This document shows, one piece after another, positions 18,421 to 33,400 of a stretch of 64,000 bases of DNA (the first letter of the stretch is position 1; every line of letters starts with the position of its first letter). The DNA lies in assembly GCA_049999805.1 (NCBI GenBank), contig JBNGIO010006373.1:217172-281171 (forward strand), read 5' to 3'. The DNA is from Folioceros fuciformis. Lineage: Eukaryota. The translations under genes were made by a program, and so were the position numbers. Under the pieces are notes generated by a model that saw only the letters and a list, made by a program, of their open reading frames with translations, ran no database searches and had not been told where the DNA came from.

Positions 18421-21400
18421 ATGGAGGAATCGTTGAAGACGTTTGATGTTCACGACGCTGTGAGGAGACTGGGGGCACGCCATCCCGCTCTTCTCACCTG
18501 NNNNNNNNNNNNNNNNNNNNNNNNNNNNNNNNNNNNNNNNNNNNNNNNNNNNNNNNNNNNNNNNNNNNNNNNNNNNNNNNNNNNNNNNNNNNNNNNNNNN
18601 TTTGATTCTCTAGTACGTGGTTGCAGGGAGGGGCAGGGGGTCGAGGAGCCTCGACTGGTTGCAGTTCTGGAACGCTTGCTGCTAGACCCGCAATTCACAG
18701 TCGCTGTGGTGGGCTGTTTCCGGCCAATTGTTCCGAGGATTGTGGATGAGCTCATACGGTCTCTGGACGACGGACGAAGGGAAGGGCAAGCTGAGTTCGC
18801 CACCCATGCCACCTCTAGTTCGCCAAATGGGTCGACGTGGGGCTTAAGTCGCCATGAGTATGCGGTCATGGCTTTGAGCCGGACTTTGGAGCTGGCTCCG
18901 CATGTGCTGAGGTGAGCCGTGGGAATTCGGTGGGAATTGGGTGACAGGCGGTCCGAGGATTACTGATTTAGTTGGGGGGATTTTTGGCAGTGCGGTGTTG
19001 CAGTACTTTCAGTTTTCCCCTCCTCCTTTTGAACGTCTTCTGCGTGGGGGTGCCCCTGGGAGTCCCGTCTCAGGAGCTTGTTCGGATGCAATGGTAGGCT
19101 CCATGACGGGGATGGCTGTGTTGAGGCTAATTCTTCTTCGTATGCGGACTGCCTGACCCTGTGCCGGATGGTGTTCAGGAAGCACCGCCTCTACTGGACG
19201 TCCTTCGTGCGTCGTACCGGTTGCTGCTCTTGGAGCCCTGCATTTTCCGTGACAAGTGGGACTGGAGCTCCTTTCTGGAGCTCTTGCACTGGGATGGAGG
19301 CGACAGTCAGCTTCGAGCGGATGTTCGGTGGTGTGCCACGCAAGTGGTGTCCATTGTGCTGAGGATGAGCGATATTGCAAGGCAGAAATTATGCGTTCAG
19401 ATCGCCGAGCTGGATGAAGAGACGGCTGTTGCATGTTTGTTCAGGTTCGTTGTTGATTGGTGTGGCGGGAAATGGTGGTGCAGCTGATTACTGTATATGG
19501 GGAGTGGCCGTTAGTATCGATATCTGTTTGTGGTACGTATCACAGAAAAGCACAGCCATCTCAATCTGTCGCCTTTGTGTTCTGAATTGGGCAGGTGGGA
19601 AGAATATTGTCAAGATGTAGCTGTTGAGAAGGCTGGGATGTACATGGAGCGTGACCTTGTACAAGGTGTCCGAAAAGTCAGTTTGCAAGATGAACCCACG
19701 AAGGTGGGACTGACAGCAAAGTTTAGGGATGGAAACTTCTCGAAAGTTGAAATTTGTGGCATTGAGCTCCCAAGGAAGCAGTGTTCAAGTTTGGGGTAAA
19801 GCTTCAATGGAGAACCAACTTGTAGTAGTGTCAATTGTCACCGGGCTGAGTTTTGTTCATTGGTGGAGGCTTACTCGTTGACCATTGCACGCAGGGTAGA
19901 GCCTCAAAACGGCTTGTTTGTTATGACTTCAACAGCCAGGAGTAGCCTGGAAGCTGTTGTACTGGCATTGAGCCAAAAGTTGCCAATTCTTCTGGAGGGA
20001 CCAGTGGGCGCTGGAAAGTCGTCACTGGTCCAGGAGGTGGCTCGCCTTACAGGCAATTTAGGTTTCTTACTAAAACTTCACTCACTGTAAGCTTGTCCTG
20101 TTCAAGTCCAGGATAACTTAGAGAGTCTCCATTAAGCATTCACACGTTTGCATGCTGTTAATTAGATATATTATTCATCCATTTGGATGATCAGATGGAT
20201 AGCAAGACCTTGCTGGGGAGCTATATGTGCACAGACACTCCCGGCGAGTTCCAGTGGCAGCCAGGCGCCCTGACGCAAGTATGATTCTATCCCTGGTTGT
20301 GAAGATCCCTTAATGGGGAGTCGAAAACCAGCTTTTTTGTGTCCGCTTCTGACCAACTGGCATGACAGGCTGTCACCAGAGGATTGTGGGTCGTGTTCGA
20401 GAACATTGACAGAGCTCCTTCTGAGATCTTGTCTGCACTGACACCATTATTAGAGGATGGGAAACTGTACATTGCAGGAAGAGGAGAGGTACGCTGGTTA
20501 CATCTCGTTGCTGCCCATTTGGCTGCTGCCCTGCAGGTCTTGTGCAGTGGTGTATCTATGCGGTATCCGAAGAGCTGAGAATTGTATCTCCCGCCGATGC
20601 AGGTTATCCAGGCTGTTGAGAATTTTAGGCTCTTTTCAACAGTGACAAGTTTGGATTCTGCTCAAAGATTAAGTTGGGGAGGTACATGCATGTTTCTTGT
20701 AGTTTATCAGGATGGTTGTGCTATCATGAATCATCTCATATGTTCAATGTGTCGTGGTGCAGGTGGCCACATGTTGAGTAGTCTGTGGCGAAGAGTGGTT
20801 CTTGACTCGCCGAAAGATGAAGAGCTGGCCCTGATTCTTGAAGGACGCTTTCCAAGACTGGGGCTCTTGGTCACCAGGCTGAAAGGTCTGTAGGTGGACG
20901 CATTTCAGGTTCCAGCATTGGCCTGAACTGCACGCACTTTCCTGTGGCTTCTGTTAACCTCTCTAGGTGGCATCTTAGGTACTATGGAGAAGTTGCAGTC
21001 AGCAGATAAGTTAAGTGGAAGGCCAATACACTTTGGTCATCCATTTTCAACCAGGTAATGGCATTTGTGTACCTTTCTCTTGGTGGCAGATTTGTTTCCA
21101 TGCATAGAGGGTTGATTGTTGAAACTTTACAGCGATGTCTGTATTGGCGACTGATCATATCTGTATTGTAACAGGGATCTCATTAAGTGGTGTTATAGGT
21201 TGTCTTCTTTTGTGCCTGAAACTCCTGCCAGTCTCTGCTTGCCCGAGTCTTTGCTGGAACGTGTTTATGTGGAGGTACACGCTTCTGCTACTTGTGCAAC
21301 AATTGTGATTGGAGTGTAGGTGCCTTGACAAAGCGTTGGTTCTATACACAGTTTGTTCGTCGATTTTCAATGCCTCATGGTCGCCCTTGTCTCTTATTTG

Positions 21401-24400
21401 CTGGTGCAGGCTGTCGACGTCTTCGCTTCTGCAATTCCAAATGGAGCTGATAGGCACCGTGTGCTGGGGACTCTTGCTGCTCAATGGGACATTTCGCCTG
21501 AGAAAGTTAAGTTCTACAGTCAGTTGAACAAGCCCAAGCAGCAGGTATGTTGCATGACTTGTGGCCTCTTCTTGCACTATCCAGTAGTAAGTATTTTTTG
21601 GCCCTGACAAAGGACTGTGGGGTTCAGATCTCACTGCAAGCTTTCACTGTTGGCAGGGCTACTGTACGAGCTCGTTCAAAGCAGGTTTCTGAGGTCTCGT
21701 CTTGTTGTATTAAGCTCCCTAGAACATCACGCGTTTGTCCACTTCCTGCTGTGTTAGCTGGCTATTTTCTTACGTGTAGACGTGGTTGCAGAGAAAGGCG
21801 ACAGCAGGTCGTGTTTTTGCTAACACAGGCCATGCCATGCGGATGCTTGAGTCCATAGCAGCATGCGTGCAGCATGGAGAACCTGTGTTGTTGGTCGGTG
21901 AGACTGGTACTGGGAAGACAACCCTAGTGCAGCACTTAGCCCGTCAAATCTCTATGCCTTTGGTTGTTCTTGTAAGTTGTCCTTCCTTTGATCGGCTGAC
22001 ATTACGGAAAATTTTGCTCCCTTTCAAGCTGTTCATATCGTCCTGGTCCTGTCCGCAGAACATGAGTCAGCAAAGCGACAGCACAGATTTCTTAGGAGGA
22101 TTCAAGCCAGTGGATGCTCAAAGGATATGTGCCCCACTCTTTGAGATGTTCAATCATTTATTCCAGCTGACGTACTCAGCAAAGGTCCGTCTCCTTCAAT
22201 TGCTGATTGTTCTCTTGTGCCCACCCTTGGTTTGTGCTGATGGTCTTTGAACCCCAGGAAAATTTCGCCTTTTTGAGACGTGTAAGGCGGAATGTTGAGC
22301 ACAAGCAGTGGGACGAACTTTTGGAAGCCTTTCGTCGTACAGCTGAGAAAATTTTGTCTGGGCCCCCGTGTCCTGCTGGACATGTGGATAGTGCTCAGCT
22401 AGCAAAGCGAAAGAGGCCTGTTAGTGACAAGCTTGTTCGTGAGTGGGGTGCATTTGCAGTCAAAGTGCAGAAGGCAGAGAAGCAAGTTCTAGCTGCAAAA
22501 GCTGGTTTTGCCTTTGACTTTGTTGAGGGAGCTCTGGTGACAGCCCTCAAAGAGGGGCAGTGGCTACTCCTTGATGAAATTAATCTCGCGGCTGCTGATA
22601 CTCTGGAAAGACTTACTGGTGTATTGGACCAGAAGACCGGAACCCTCTCTCTTCCTGAGCGGGGTGATGTCGAGATCATTCCAAGGCATCCAGATTTTCA
22701 GATTTTCGCATGCATGAATCCAGCTACCGATGTGGGGAAGAGAGATCTACCTGTGGCTCTGAGAAGCCGGTTCACAGAGTTTTTTGTGGACGAGATGACA
22801 TCTAGGGAAGATCTGGAGGCTCTTGTATTTCAATATTTGGAAGGTGCTCTACCCTCTCCACCAGTGGGTGATGTTGTTGATTTCTACTTGAATGCCCGTG
22901 AAGAAGCTGATTGTCGATTATTGGATGGAGCTGGGCAGAAGCCGCAGTATAGCTTGCGCTCTCTTTCACGGGCGTTAGAGTACACTATAGCAGCTCTACC
23001 CATCTATGGTTTCAAGCGTGCATTGTATGATGGACTCTGCACGTCGTTTTTGACACTTTTGGATCAGAAAAGTACTGTGTTAATGGCCAATTTGATTGGG
23101 ATAGCTGCTTTCGGGCGGGCCAATAGCAGTTCATTGGGCCAGTTCCTTCTCAAGGTTCCACCCCAGCCAACTCCAGGTCATGTTTTATTTGAGCAGTTCT
23201 GGGTGGAACAAGGGGACACCAACCTCTCTGATGTTTCGCAGGATTTGCAAGGTCGATATGTGCTGACTAGAACCATACGTGAGCACCTAAAGAACTTGGC
23301 AAGAGCTGTGTTTGTCAGGAAGTACCCGGTCTTGTTGCAAGGTCCAACGTCAAGTGGGAAGACAAGTTTAGTCGAGTATCTTGCAGCAGTTACAGGGCAT
23401 CGGTTTGTGCGGATCAATAATCATGAGCATACTGATTTGCAGGAGTATCTAGGGACTTATGTCACAAGTCCAGCAGGCCAGTTAGTTTTCCAGGAGGGGA
23501 TCCTAGTAAAAGCTGTTCGACAAGGTCATTGGGTTGTGTTGGATGAGCTGAATCTGGCGCCCTCTGATGTGTTGGAGGCGTTGAACCGCCTGCTTGATGA
23601 TAACAGGGAGTTGTTTGTACCAGAGATTCAAGCAACGATCAAAGCACACCCTCAGTTTATGCTGTTTGCAACTCAGAATCCCCCTGGTATTTACAGTGGT
23701 CGCAAAATACTGTCCAGAGCATTTCGCAACAGATTCCTCGAGCTGCATGTTGATGATATACCAGATGATGAACTACAAGTGATACTGGAGAAAAGGTGCG
23801 CAATTCCTAGGAGCTACGCTGAGAAAATGGTCAACGTGATGAAGGACCTACAGAGGCATAGACAAAGCAGTCAAGTATTTGCTGGAAAGCATGGCTTTAT
23901 TACAGCTCGAGATCTGTTTAGATGGGCAGAAAGGTATGCAAGTGGCTATGAAGAGTTGGCCACCAATGGCTATATGCTTCTTGCGGAGCGTCTTCGGGAT
24001 GAGAGTGAGAAGGCTGTTGTTCAGGGTGCCTTAGAAAAGCACATGCGAGTGAGAATTGATGTTGAACATCTGCACGAGGTTGGGACCATCTTCCATTGTG
24101 CTTCCACAGGTTTTGGTGTTGCTCACTTCACTGGACAGAGTGATATAGCCTGTTTGTGTCCTGCTTTTCAGCTGACAAGCTCAGATGCATTCCAAGAGCT
24201 TCGACTGCACCTGGAGGCACCTGAGTCGGAAGCTCGTCTTGGGAAGTAAGTGATAAATTAACTAGAAGGGGTCATGCAAGAATGTGTTGTTTGATTGGCA
24301 TGCTTAGCTACATTGTTGTTGGTTGCTTTCCAGAATTGTATGGACAAATAGCATGAAGAGACTCTTTAATCTTGTGGAACGTGGCATACATCATGGCGAA

Positions 24401-27400
24401 CCCATTTTGCTAGTTGGTGAAACAGGCTGTGGTAAGACCACAGTCTGTCAGCTGATGGCATTGCTGACTCAACCAAGACGTAAAGGACCTCGGCGTCTAC
24501 ATATACTAAACTGCCATCAACACACTGAGACGTCAGATTTTTTGGGTGTAAGTAGCTCGAATGTATTTTCTGTCTTTGCTTGTTGGTATGAGGAAATCCT
24601 CTGAAACAGAAGAGCGTCTTCAGGGTTTTCGTCCAGCCCGGGACAAGGATGCCTTGACCGTTAAGTTTGCAGCTGTTGTTGCTGAAGTACGTGCTCTTGC
24701 CACGGTCAGAGAACTATGCAAGACAGAGGTAAGCGTGTTTTTCAGTATCAGCACTGTTTCTGATTATGGTGACAGGTTAGTTCTTTGGAATCCTTTAACG
24801 TGCCACATCGGTTTTGCTGACCTTACTTATTCTGTGCTAGGTCCAATCAAGCATTCAATCGTCTGCGCGGGTGCTTGATATCCTAAATCTTGTTCTTGAA
24901 GAACTTAAAGAAGAACCAACATCTCAAAGGGTGGCACACATTGGCCAGGCCCAACTGAAAGCGGAGATACGGTTTCTGGAAAATGCAAGAGAAACACTGC
25001 TCGTACTTCAAAAAGACTGGCAACAGCTCTTTGTATGGAGGGATGGACCGCTTGTGGAGGCCATGCGAGAGGGAGATTTGTTTCTGATTGATGAGATTTC
25101 TCTTGCTGAGGATAGTGTCCTTGAACGATTGAACAGTGTTTTGGAGCCGAAGCGTCTCTTGGTAATGTCAACCACCACTGGTGACATTAATATCTCAAAC
25201 GTGTGACATATTTGCCTGTACTAAGGCTCTGATCTTGGCCGCAGGTTCTTGCAGAGAAAGGCGGGTCAAGTGTGGAAGAACTGGTGGCCCATCCAGATTT
25301 CAGAATCATGGCTACAATGAATCCAGGAGGGGACTTCGGGAAAAAGGAGCTTTCTCCTGCTCTCCGCAATAGGTTCACTGAAATATGGGTTCCCCCAGTT
25401 GTGGACTTGGATGATCTCAGGAGGATTCTGCTGGAAAGGTATGTGCGGTCGATCAGCATTTGTTTCAGCACTTGGTGAAAGTCATGACGTCTTGTTTTCG
25501 GTAACCAAACATTCGCTGTCTGTTGTCTGTGGGCTATGTCAGGCTTTCAAGCCCGAAGCTCTTCTCCCTCGTTGAACCATTACTCCAATTTTGGCAGGTA
25601 CCTCTCTATTCTTGTTGCCCACCTGGGTTCCTGCATGCCCTTTTGGTTATTCAATTCGTTTCCATCCCTAAACCCATTCTTTCTGTGACAGTGGTTCCAA
25701 CATCATTATGGCAGTGGAAGGCTGCTGTCAGTCAGAGATCTTTTGTCTTGGATAGCCTTCATCAACAACGCAGTAGAAAATATTGGGATTTCTGGAGCAT
25801 TTGTTCATGGTGCTTTTCTGGTGCTCCTTGATGGGATAGGTGTCGGTAAGGGTTTGTCATTGGCTAGGCTGTTGTGTGGTCGTTGTATTTCCAAATGAAT
25901 TCTCAACTACATGAGCTGGACGCACATTTGTCCTTTTTGTCTATGCAGCTCATTACCTTCTGATGTCATTGATAGGACTGGGAATGTCAAGCTCAGCAGC
26001 TTCTAAGATGAGAAACGAGTGCTTGGAGCATTTACAGCGTTTGGTACCTGGAGTAGGTCTCCTGCACTTCCCTTGATGATTTCAAGGCTTACTCCGGTTC
26101 GGTCACTTCATTCTGACACTGTTCGTACTTCCTTCTTCTCGTTGCAGAATGGGACAGATCCTGCCACTGTTTGTGTCAACCCTTCGGTGTTCAAAGGTCT
26201 TGCATTGGGAGAGGCTCAAGGGCTTCCCGCCAGTGATGAAATGTTTGGTCTTGCCCCATTCTTTATTCCTAGAGGTATGAAAACACTGTAAGCTGGGATA
26301 GCTTGTTTTCTGTCAATGATGCTGGGGCACAACAATGGCTATGAGTAGCCAGCCTCTTACTCTGGTCATCTTTTGCAGGCGCTCGTGGTGATGATGACAA
26401 GTCGTTCAAGTTGGACGCCCCAACAACAAATCAAAATGCTTTCAGGATTCTGCGGGCAATGCAACTCCAGAGGCCAGGTTCAGTCGTCCAAATGCTAATG
26501 CCTCCTGAGTATGGAGTTTCAATGCCGAATCTGTCATTTCTTGGTATTTGTTTCTGAGCAGGCTATTGTTTCCTTACAGTGCTCTTGGAAGGAAGCCCTG
26601 GTGTTGGGAAGACCAGTTTGGTTACTGCGTTAGCGTCTTATTCTGGTCATTCCCTTGTGAGGATTAACCTTTCTGAACAGGTACAGAAAGCAATGGGTCT
26701 GATCTTTGGACGAGTTAGAGTAAAGAATCCTTTTCAAGCATGTTTCCTGCTTTTTGTAGACGGATATGATGGATTTGCTTGGATCGGATCTACCTGTGGA
26801 AGGGGGAACTGGTGGCGAGTTCCGCTGGTCAGATGGTGTCTTCTTGCAAGTAATGTAACACCGATCCTCTTGATTACGTTAGGATCTTTTCTAATTGTTC
26901 CATGCTTACTGACAGCTCTGAGGCTGTCTGTCCAGGCGCTAAAGGCAGGTGACTGGGTTCTCCTGGATGAGCTGAACCTTGCTTCCCAGTCTGTGCTCGA
27001 GGTATGGGCTGAAATAAGTGCCACCTTGGGATAGTTGTGATTGCAAAACTACCTCTGCACTGATATCAAATGTGTGATGCAGGGATTAAATGCGTGCCTT
27101 GATCATCGTGCAGAAGTGTTTGTGCCAGAACTAAATGAACGTTTCAAATGTCCAGCCAGTTTTCGAGTTTTTGCTTGCCAAAATCCCACACAACAAGGAG
27201 GTGGCCGGAAGGGCCTCCCGAAGTCGTTTTTGAACCGGTTCACAAAGGTTTGTGCAAGTGTCTTCTGTACCATGTGTAAAGGGGTATTCAGTGAGTGCTG
27301 ACCACTGTTTATGGACAGGTTTACGTGGATGCTTTGTCAGAGGATGATTACGTATTCATCGCATCTGCTGTACATCCGTCCATTCCCAAGCCTCTGTTGA

Positions 27401-30400
27401 GAAAGATGATACAGTTCAACGCTAAGATGTATGAAGATATCCAGATCAGACATTTGTATGGTCAAGCTGGGTCTCCATGGGAATTTAATTTGAGGGACAT
27501 TCTACGCTGGTGTGAGCTTGTCGAAGGTTTGTGCTTCTTCATGAAGTATGTCCTGACATGTAATGTAATGCTTTCCTTCAACCTAACTGTGCCATTGTTT
27601 CATGACAGGAAGCTCCTCAATGTTGTACAATCCGGAAGAAAGTGCAAACTACTTTCTTGATGTCTTATACCTGCAGAGGATGAGATCTTTGCAAGATCGA
27701 CGGCAGGTTCGCGACCTCTTTCAAGAGGTTTTTGGCACAGCTGCGGATCTTAACCTCCATCCAAATGTTATCGTCTCTCAGGAGCATGTACATGTAGGAT
27801 TAGCCAGCATCAAGCGTCAACCTGGGCTGCAACCAGATTCGGGAACCTCAAAGAGGCTCTCCATACTTACAGGCTTCGGAAACCAGTTGGAGTCCTTCCT
27901 CCATTGTGTACAGAAGGGGTGGATGTGCATCCTGGTAGGACCGCAAGCCTCTGGCAAAACTTCCCTAGTCCGTCTTGTAGCTCAGCTAACAGGGAACAGG
28001 CTCCATGAGTATACCCTCACTACTGCAACTGATACAACGGATTTATTAGGAAGCTATGAGCAACATGATTTATACCGCCACTGGCAAGATCTTGTGAAAC
28101 GTGCAGAGAAATCAATTTTGGTTCTTTCACAAAGTTTCCTAACAGAATCAAGCATTGAGCTGCCATCCACCAGAAAGATAAATCTAGTGAAGGGTGTGCT
28201 TGGATCTTGGGACACTTTTCGCAAGGTTACATCTGCTGATGTTCTGACAACCTTTGCAGATGGTGGAAATGCTCCACAGGGCATAAGTGGCCAATCTGTT
28301 CACATGTTAGTACAGACCATTGAACAGCTGGTGAGCTGGGTTGCCACTTGTAAGGTTTCAAAGTGGGTACCTGAGGTTGACCCAAATTTGGTCTTGTCAG
28401 AACTTAGAGCCTTAGTCACAAGTCTGGGAGTCAAGAGAAGCACAGGGCAGTTTGAATGGGTGGATGGTGGCCTGCTAAAGGCTTTGAGGTCTGGGGACTG
28501 GGTCGTCCTTGAAAATGCCAATCTCTGCAACCCAACGGTATGTTTTTGGTAATATAGATCCTTGCATATTGTTTTGTTGTCATTTCCTATCTCGTTTACG
28601 ATGTTTCCATTCTCAGGTGCTGGACAGACTCAACCCATTGCTGGAGCCCGGTGGTACAATCTTGATCAATGAGCGGGGGCTTGTACGTGGCGAGCCTTTA
28701 GTGGTCCGGGCCCATCCCAATTTCCGGCTGTTTTTAACCCTAGATCCGACTCATGGGGAGGTGTCCAGGGCGATGAGGAATCGTGGAATAGAAATTTTCA
28801 TGATGCAGACAACTGAGCAACACACTGTTGGCAATCTCAGTACAGACCAAGATGACAGGCAGGTTGTCGTAGCAGCTGGTGTAGCTGGTTCTTCCCTCAC
28901 AGAAGGAATGGCTCTTGCACACTTAAGGTTCAAGGCTTTTATGAAGACCTCTCACGATATTCATCGAGTGTCACGTCGGGAATTGTTCCAGTGGGTTAGC
29001 TTATTTCAGGAGCTGCTTCTTAGAGGAGTAAGTGTTTCGAGGGCCTTGTTCTGCAGCTGGGACCAAACGTATGTGCAGCGTTTGAAGACCGTGTCGGGAA
29101 AGGCTGCAGCTGTGGACATACTCTTGTCAGTGCTGACAGACGTAGTTGCTAAGGACACAATTAAGTGGAATAGTATGTCTTTATACCTACCAGGTGGTTG
29201 GCCGACGCCGTTGACTCTTGACAAATATGTTATGGATGCTAAAGTATCTGCAGTTAGGCGTGACTCCATGCTGATCGAGTTCCTAGCAATTCAATTCCTA
29301 TCTTGGATGCTAGCTCTGGATTGGCAGATCGCTGGGAAGGTTGCCAACCTTTTGGAGTGGGAAAAGGATAAGATGCATATTCTGCCTGCTTTACCTGGTC
29401 ACGTTCTTTGGTGCCATTTAAGTCCGCTTGCTATCGAGTTGGAGCAATCTATAGACGTCCCTGTTCCTTCTGTCAGCATAGTTGAGGTGGAGCAAATGTT
29501 GAAGCATGCTGCACTCTGGATGTTCAGGCAGGCAAACTTCTCTGATGCGAAGCTTCGTATTCAGTGGCTGAAAAGAATCTCTGGCAACATGGGTAGGTAC
29601 AACCATATTTTGGAAAGCATTGTTTGTGCGTTGGAGCAAGAGCTGGAGCACCACCTGTTCAAGGAACTGTGGAATGCGTGGCAAAACCTGAGTTCAGACG
29701 CCCATTTTCAAGATTTACCCTTTGTCCTTGGACATGTGAAAGCTGGGGCTCGAGCCGACAGTGTTGATGTGGTTGCCTCCCTGAGTTCGAAGTTAATTGC
29801 CCTTAGGCGAAGCCTCCTGCAGTGGCAGCTAGAGGAAAAAGCATGTAAGAATGCACAAAGTCTTGGACCTGGTCGATATCGTGCTGCCTGGAACACAGTA
29901 TCAGCTGGACATCTTTCTTTGTATTCTAGTGAACAGACTCTGGCTGATGTCCTCGAGACATTAATAAATTGGAAGCACCGCCTGCTATCCTCAGTGCAAA
30001 AGTTAGAGGACAATCTACTCAAGTCATGCACAGCCGAGTGCTGGGATGGGTTGTCCACCAACTTCGCCGATTTCCAAGAGTGGCATGAAGCTTTGTGGAA
30101 AACTCTGCTACAACCGGGGCTGAATACTGATGACTATCTCCTTTGTTGGTCATTTTTCAAAAGAAGCCTGAAGGAACTTTGCGACGTCCCAGTCCCTCCA
30201 GCTGATCAGAAGGTAAAGTAAATGCCTGCAGTTTCTGACATGACGCATGGTAGCCTGCTGGGGTGTCAGTATGTGAAACCCTTCGTTACTGTGGCAGTTT
30301 ATCTGTTTGACTGTTTGAACTCAAAGTTTGTGTACCTGTTGTGTTGCAGTGTGTCACAGAGCTCCGCAACATTGTGGAGACGATTGATGATGAACTAAGG

Positions 30401-33400
30401 TTGGGTAGGGGCTATTCCTCTCATGCATTATTGTGGAAAAATGGAGGACACCCCTGGTTGGCTACTTCCAAGGATTTATTAGAGCTGGAATCGAAGATTT
30501 TGTCGTTCGTTGAAGGTTGGAGTTCAGATGTCTCTATGGACTATTTGCTTGAACGTTCAATCCCTTTTTCCTCTCTAAAGATCACCTTCGGTACAATTTC
30601 CTGAGTTTCCTTGCTGCTTTTGTAGAACGTGATGAGCCTGTGGTTCTTGACAAGACAAGCAAGTTCCTCTTTGTGGAAGGTAATGATGTCAGTCTGGGAT
30701 TGTATTTTGATCATTCATCCATGCGACAGGAGTTGATAACTCATCAAGTTTTTTTATGTTCACCTTGTAGGACTCTCTATTGTGAAGTGGCTGGGGACTG
30801 GAAACATGAGCAAGAAGCCTAATACTGCAATTGTCCCGGATAGCTTGAAATGGTCTACTGACACGTGTGTCATGGAATCCCGGAATATTGCCGAGGTCAG
30901 TTGATGATGTTTACTGCGCTAGTCGCAACAACTCAACCTAATCAGTTCTCTTAACCTTTTTTCTTTGGTGCCAGATTCTTGCAAGCAGAGTGGAGCCACT
31001 ATGTTGTACTACGTTGAAAAGGGATGGCCAACCGTTCAGTGTGTCCTGCTCGGGGACAGGTGCATGTAAATGTGTTCCTCCTCACTTGTCAGATATCACG
31101 GTTTTGCAGCAGTGGTCTTCTGCTGGGCACCTACTGGCGACTACCCTTCCATTATTGAACCACATAAGTCTCTGTCTTGATGCTGATGCACTGAGCAAGG
31201 CAACTGCACTTGTGAGACATCCTCGAGAACAGATTGGAGATCTTGAAATCCAGCAGGTTGAGGTTCCAGTTGTGAGTTGGGAAAAATAAAAAAAATCCCT
31301 TGCCTATAGCTGGGCTTGGGTGTCTGTAAGGAGAACTCTTCACTGACAGTTTCTCAATGATCCTATGCAGGGCATTTCGGCCACTTTTGTCAAGACGCTG
31401 GTTGATTTCTCGTTGGCGTGCTCTTCAAGATCGCTGACAGATTTTGTTCCACACCAGCACCTGCTATGGTTAAGGGAGGGGGTTACTCCTAAGAATAGTG
31501 GTAAGTACAGAAAGACACCCCAAAGGTCGAACTGTAAGTTGCCATTGCGATGATACTGGTAAAACACAGACCGATTTCACTTATGCCTGGCTGAATGCAG
31601 AGTTGTCTACCGTTCTCCAGAACGTGGTTCATGAGTTTTGGTTCAACTGGCATCAGTCTCTTTGGAAAAGAGAGAGTATGGAGGTAGCGGTAACAAAACC
31701 GTAACACTTCTGTTAAAAAACTGTTGGAGTGGATTATCTTTTTTTGGAAATGATGGTTGGCACCAACTTTAACGCAGAGCACACGCGCCAACGCTTGGGA
31801 ATCAACTGCTGGTCCATCGCGACTGTTCTTGGCTTCTCAAACAGCATGTTTGGGCTCTGGATGGTGGGTCCCTGCTATGAATCTGTCTTAGTTATTGGTT
31901 TCAGTACGTGACCTTATCACAACCCCTTCTCTGATATCTTGAACAGGTTGCAAACAGGCGCTGTAAGAGACTACCGTGGAAAGATATATCAGTTGCGGCT
32001 TGTATTTCATGGTCTTCAGACTTATTCAGAGCTGGGCTCTCCCCTGGTCTGGACTTCCAATCTGAACTCGATAGGGCTTCTTTTGCAACAGGTGAGATAA
32101 GGCTGCTCTGATGTGTTGGATGTGTTGCCCTGGCGTACAGAGTAGTGGGTTGAGCTTGTACTGGATGACAGAGAAGTGGGTTGATCTTTTAGTGTCTTAT
32201 AGAGTCCTGGGTTGACCTTGCAGATCATCCTTGCTCACAAGAAGTCGTTCCGGACTGAAGACATCAATTCCATCTCTTCTTTACTGTCTTCCATTGTGGA
32301 GTTTCCAATGCAGGTAAGTGGAATGGTTGTTCAATCTAATCTGCTCATAAGTGTAAGATAAGTTGGATATCACTTGTCTGTGTCAGAGTTTATGTGTACT
32401 CCTCCTAATTGGATAAGTTCCTTGTTGCAGGGTGAAGATCAGACTTTGTCCTTGCAGAAGCTCGGCACCCTGCTATATTCTGCTCAGCATGCAAACTTTG
32501 CTTCTTTGATCGAACCTCTTTTGTTGCCTTGCTTGAAATTGTTAGAGAACTGCCACAGAACTGGGCAGACATCAGGTACAACTGATTGTCGATTGAAAAC
32601 ATTGGATTTCAATTTGTGTTGCAGTGTCTACCACTCGCTCGTAATGAGTGCGGGCGTCTGCATGTTTGGGTAAAGGGCATCTAATACCATGGTGATTACA
32701 GATGGCCTGATGCAGCTGGGGAAATTGTGGATCAACATAGGAGCATTACGGCTCCATTTGCTTCTTCCTGCGGATGGTTGTGACCCTGTTGCAAAGTATG
32801 CGTTTAAATATGCTCATATTAAAGATAGGCATCACGATTTGGAACTTCAGCTGAAGGTATTCCTTCTTCATACCCATCTTGCCCTTGGAAATGTTTCTTG
32901 TTCGTGCATGATACACTTTCAAGGTGTTCGCTGAACATCAGCTGCTTTCTGTAGTTAGATTTTCAAGCATTGTCAGCCTCTTGCTTTTGTTCCTTGCGAC
33001 CAGATGAAAAATCGAAAAATGGGAATTCATCAGCATATTTGATCTTACCTGTGGTGAATAGGTGAAGCAAGAAAGCGAGCTAGTTGTTCGAGGTGGCACA
33101 CCTGCTGGAGAATTGAGCCGGGAAACTGCTGCGCTCAGGGTTCTGGAAGATGAACTTCGTGCCCTCAGTTCCAAGGTAACTGCGGTTCAGGCGCTCATGA
33201 GTGATGGTCTTTCTGTTGCACGTTGATTGCAGAACCTCTGACGTAAGGCAAAATGCTGTAGATCATTCCCCGCCCAAATCCTCCAACCTTCCGAAGACTG
33301 TACCTGGACGTTCAGAGGTACAAAGATATGCAAGCAAACCATCAAAAGCTGCATCAGCTGTTCTCTTCCCTGGATGGTGGGGCTGGCAAATTGAATGAGG

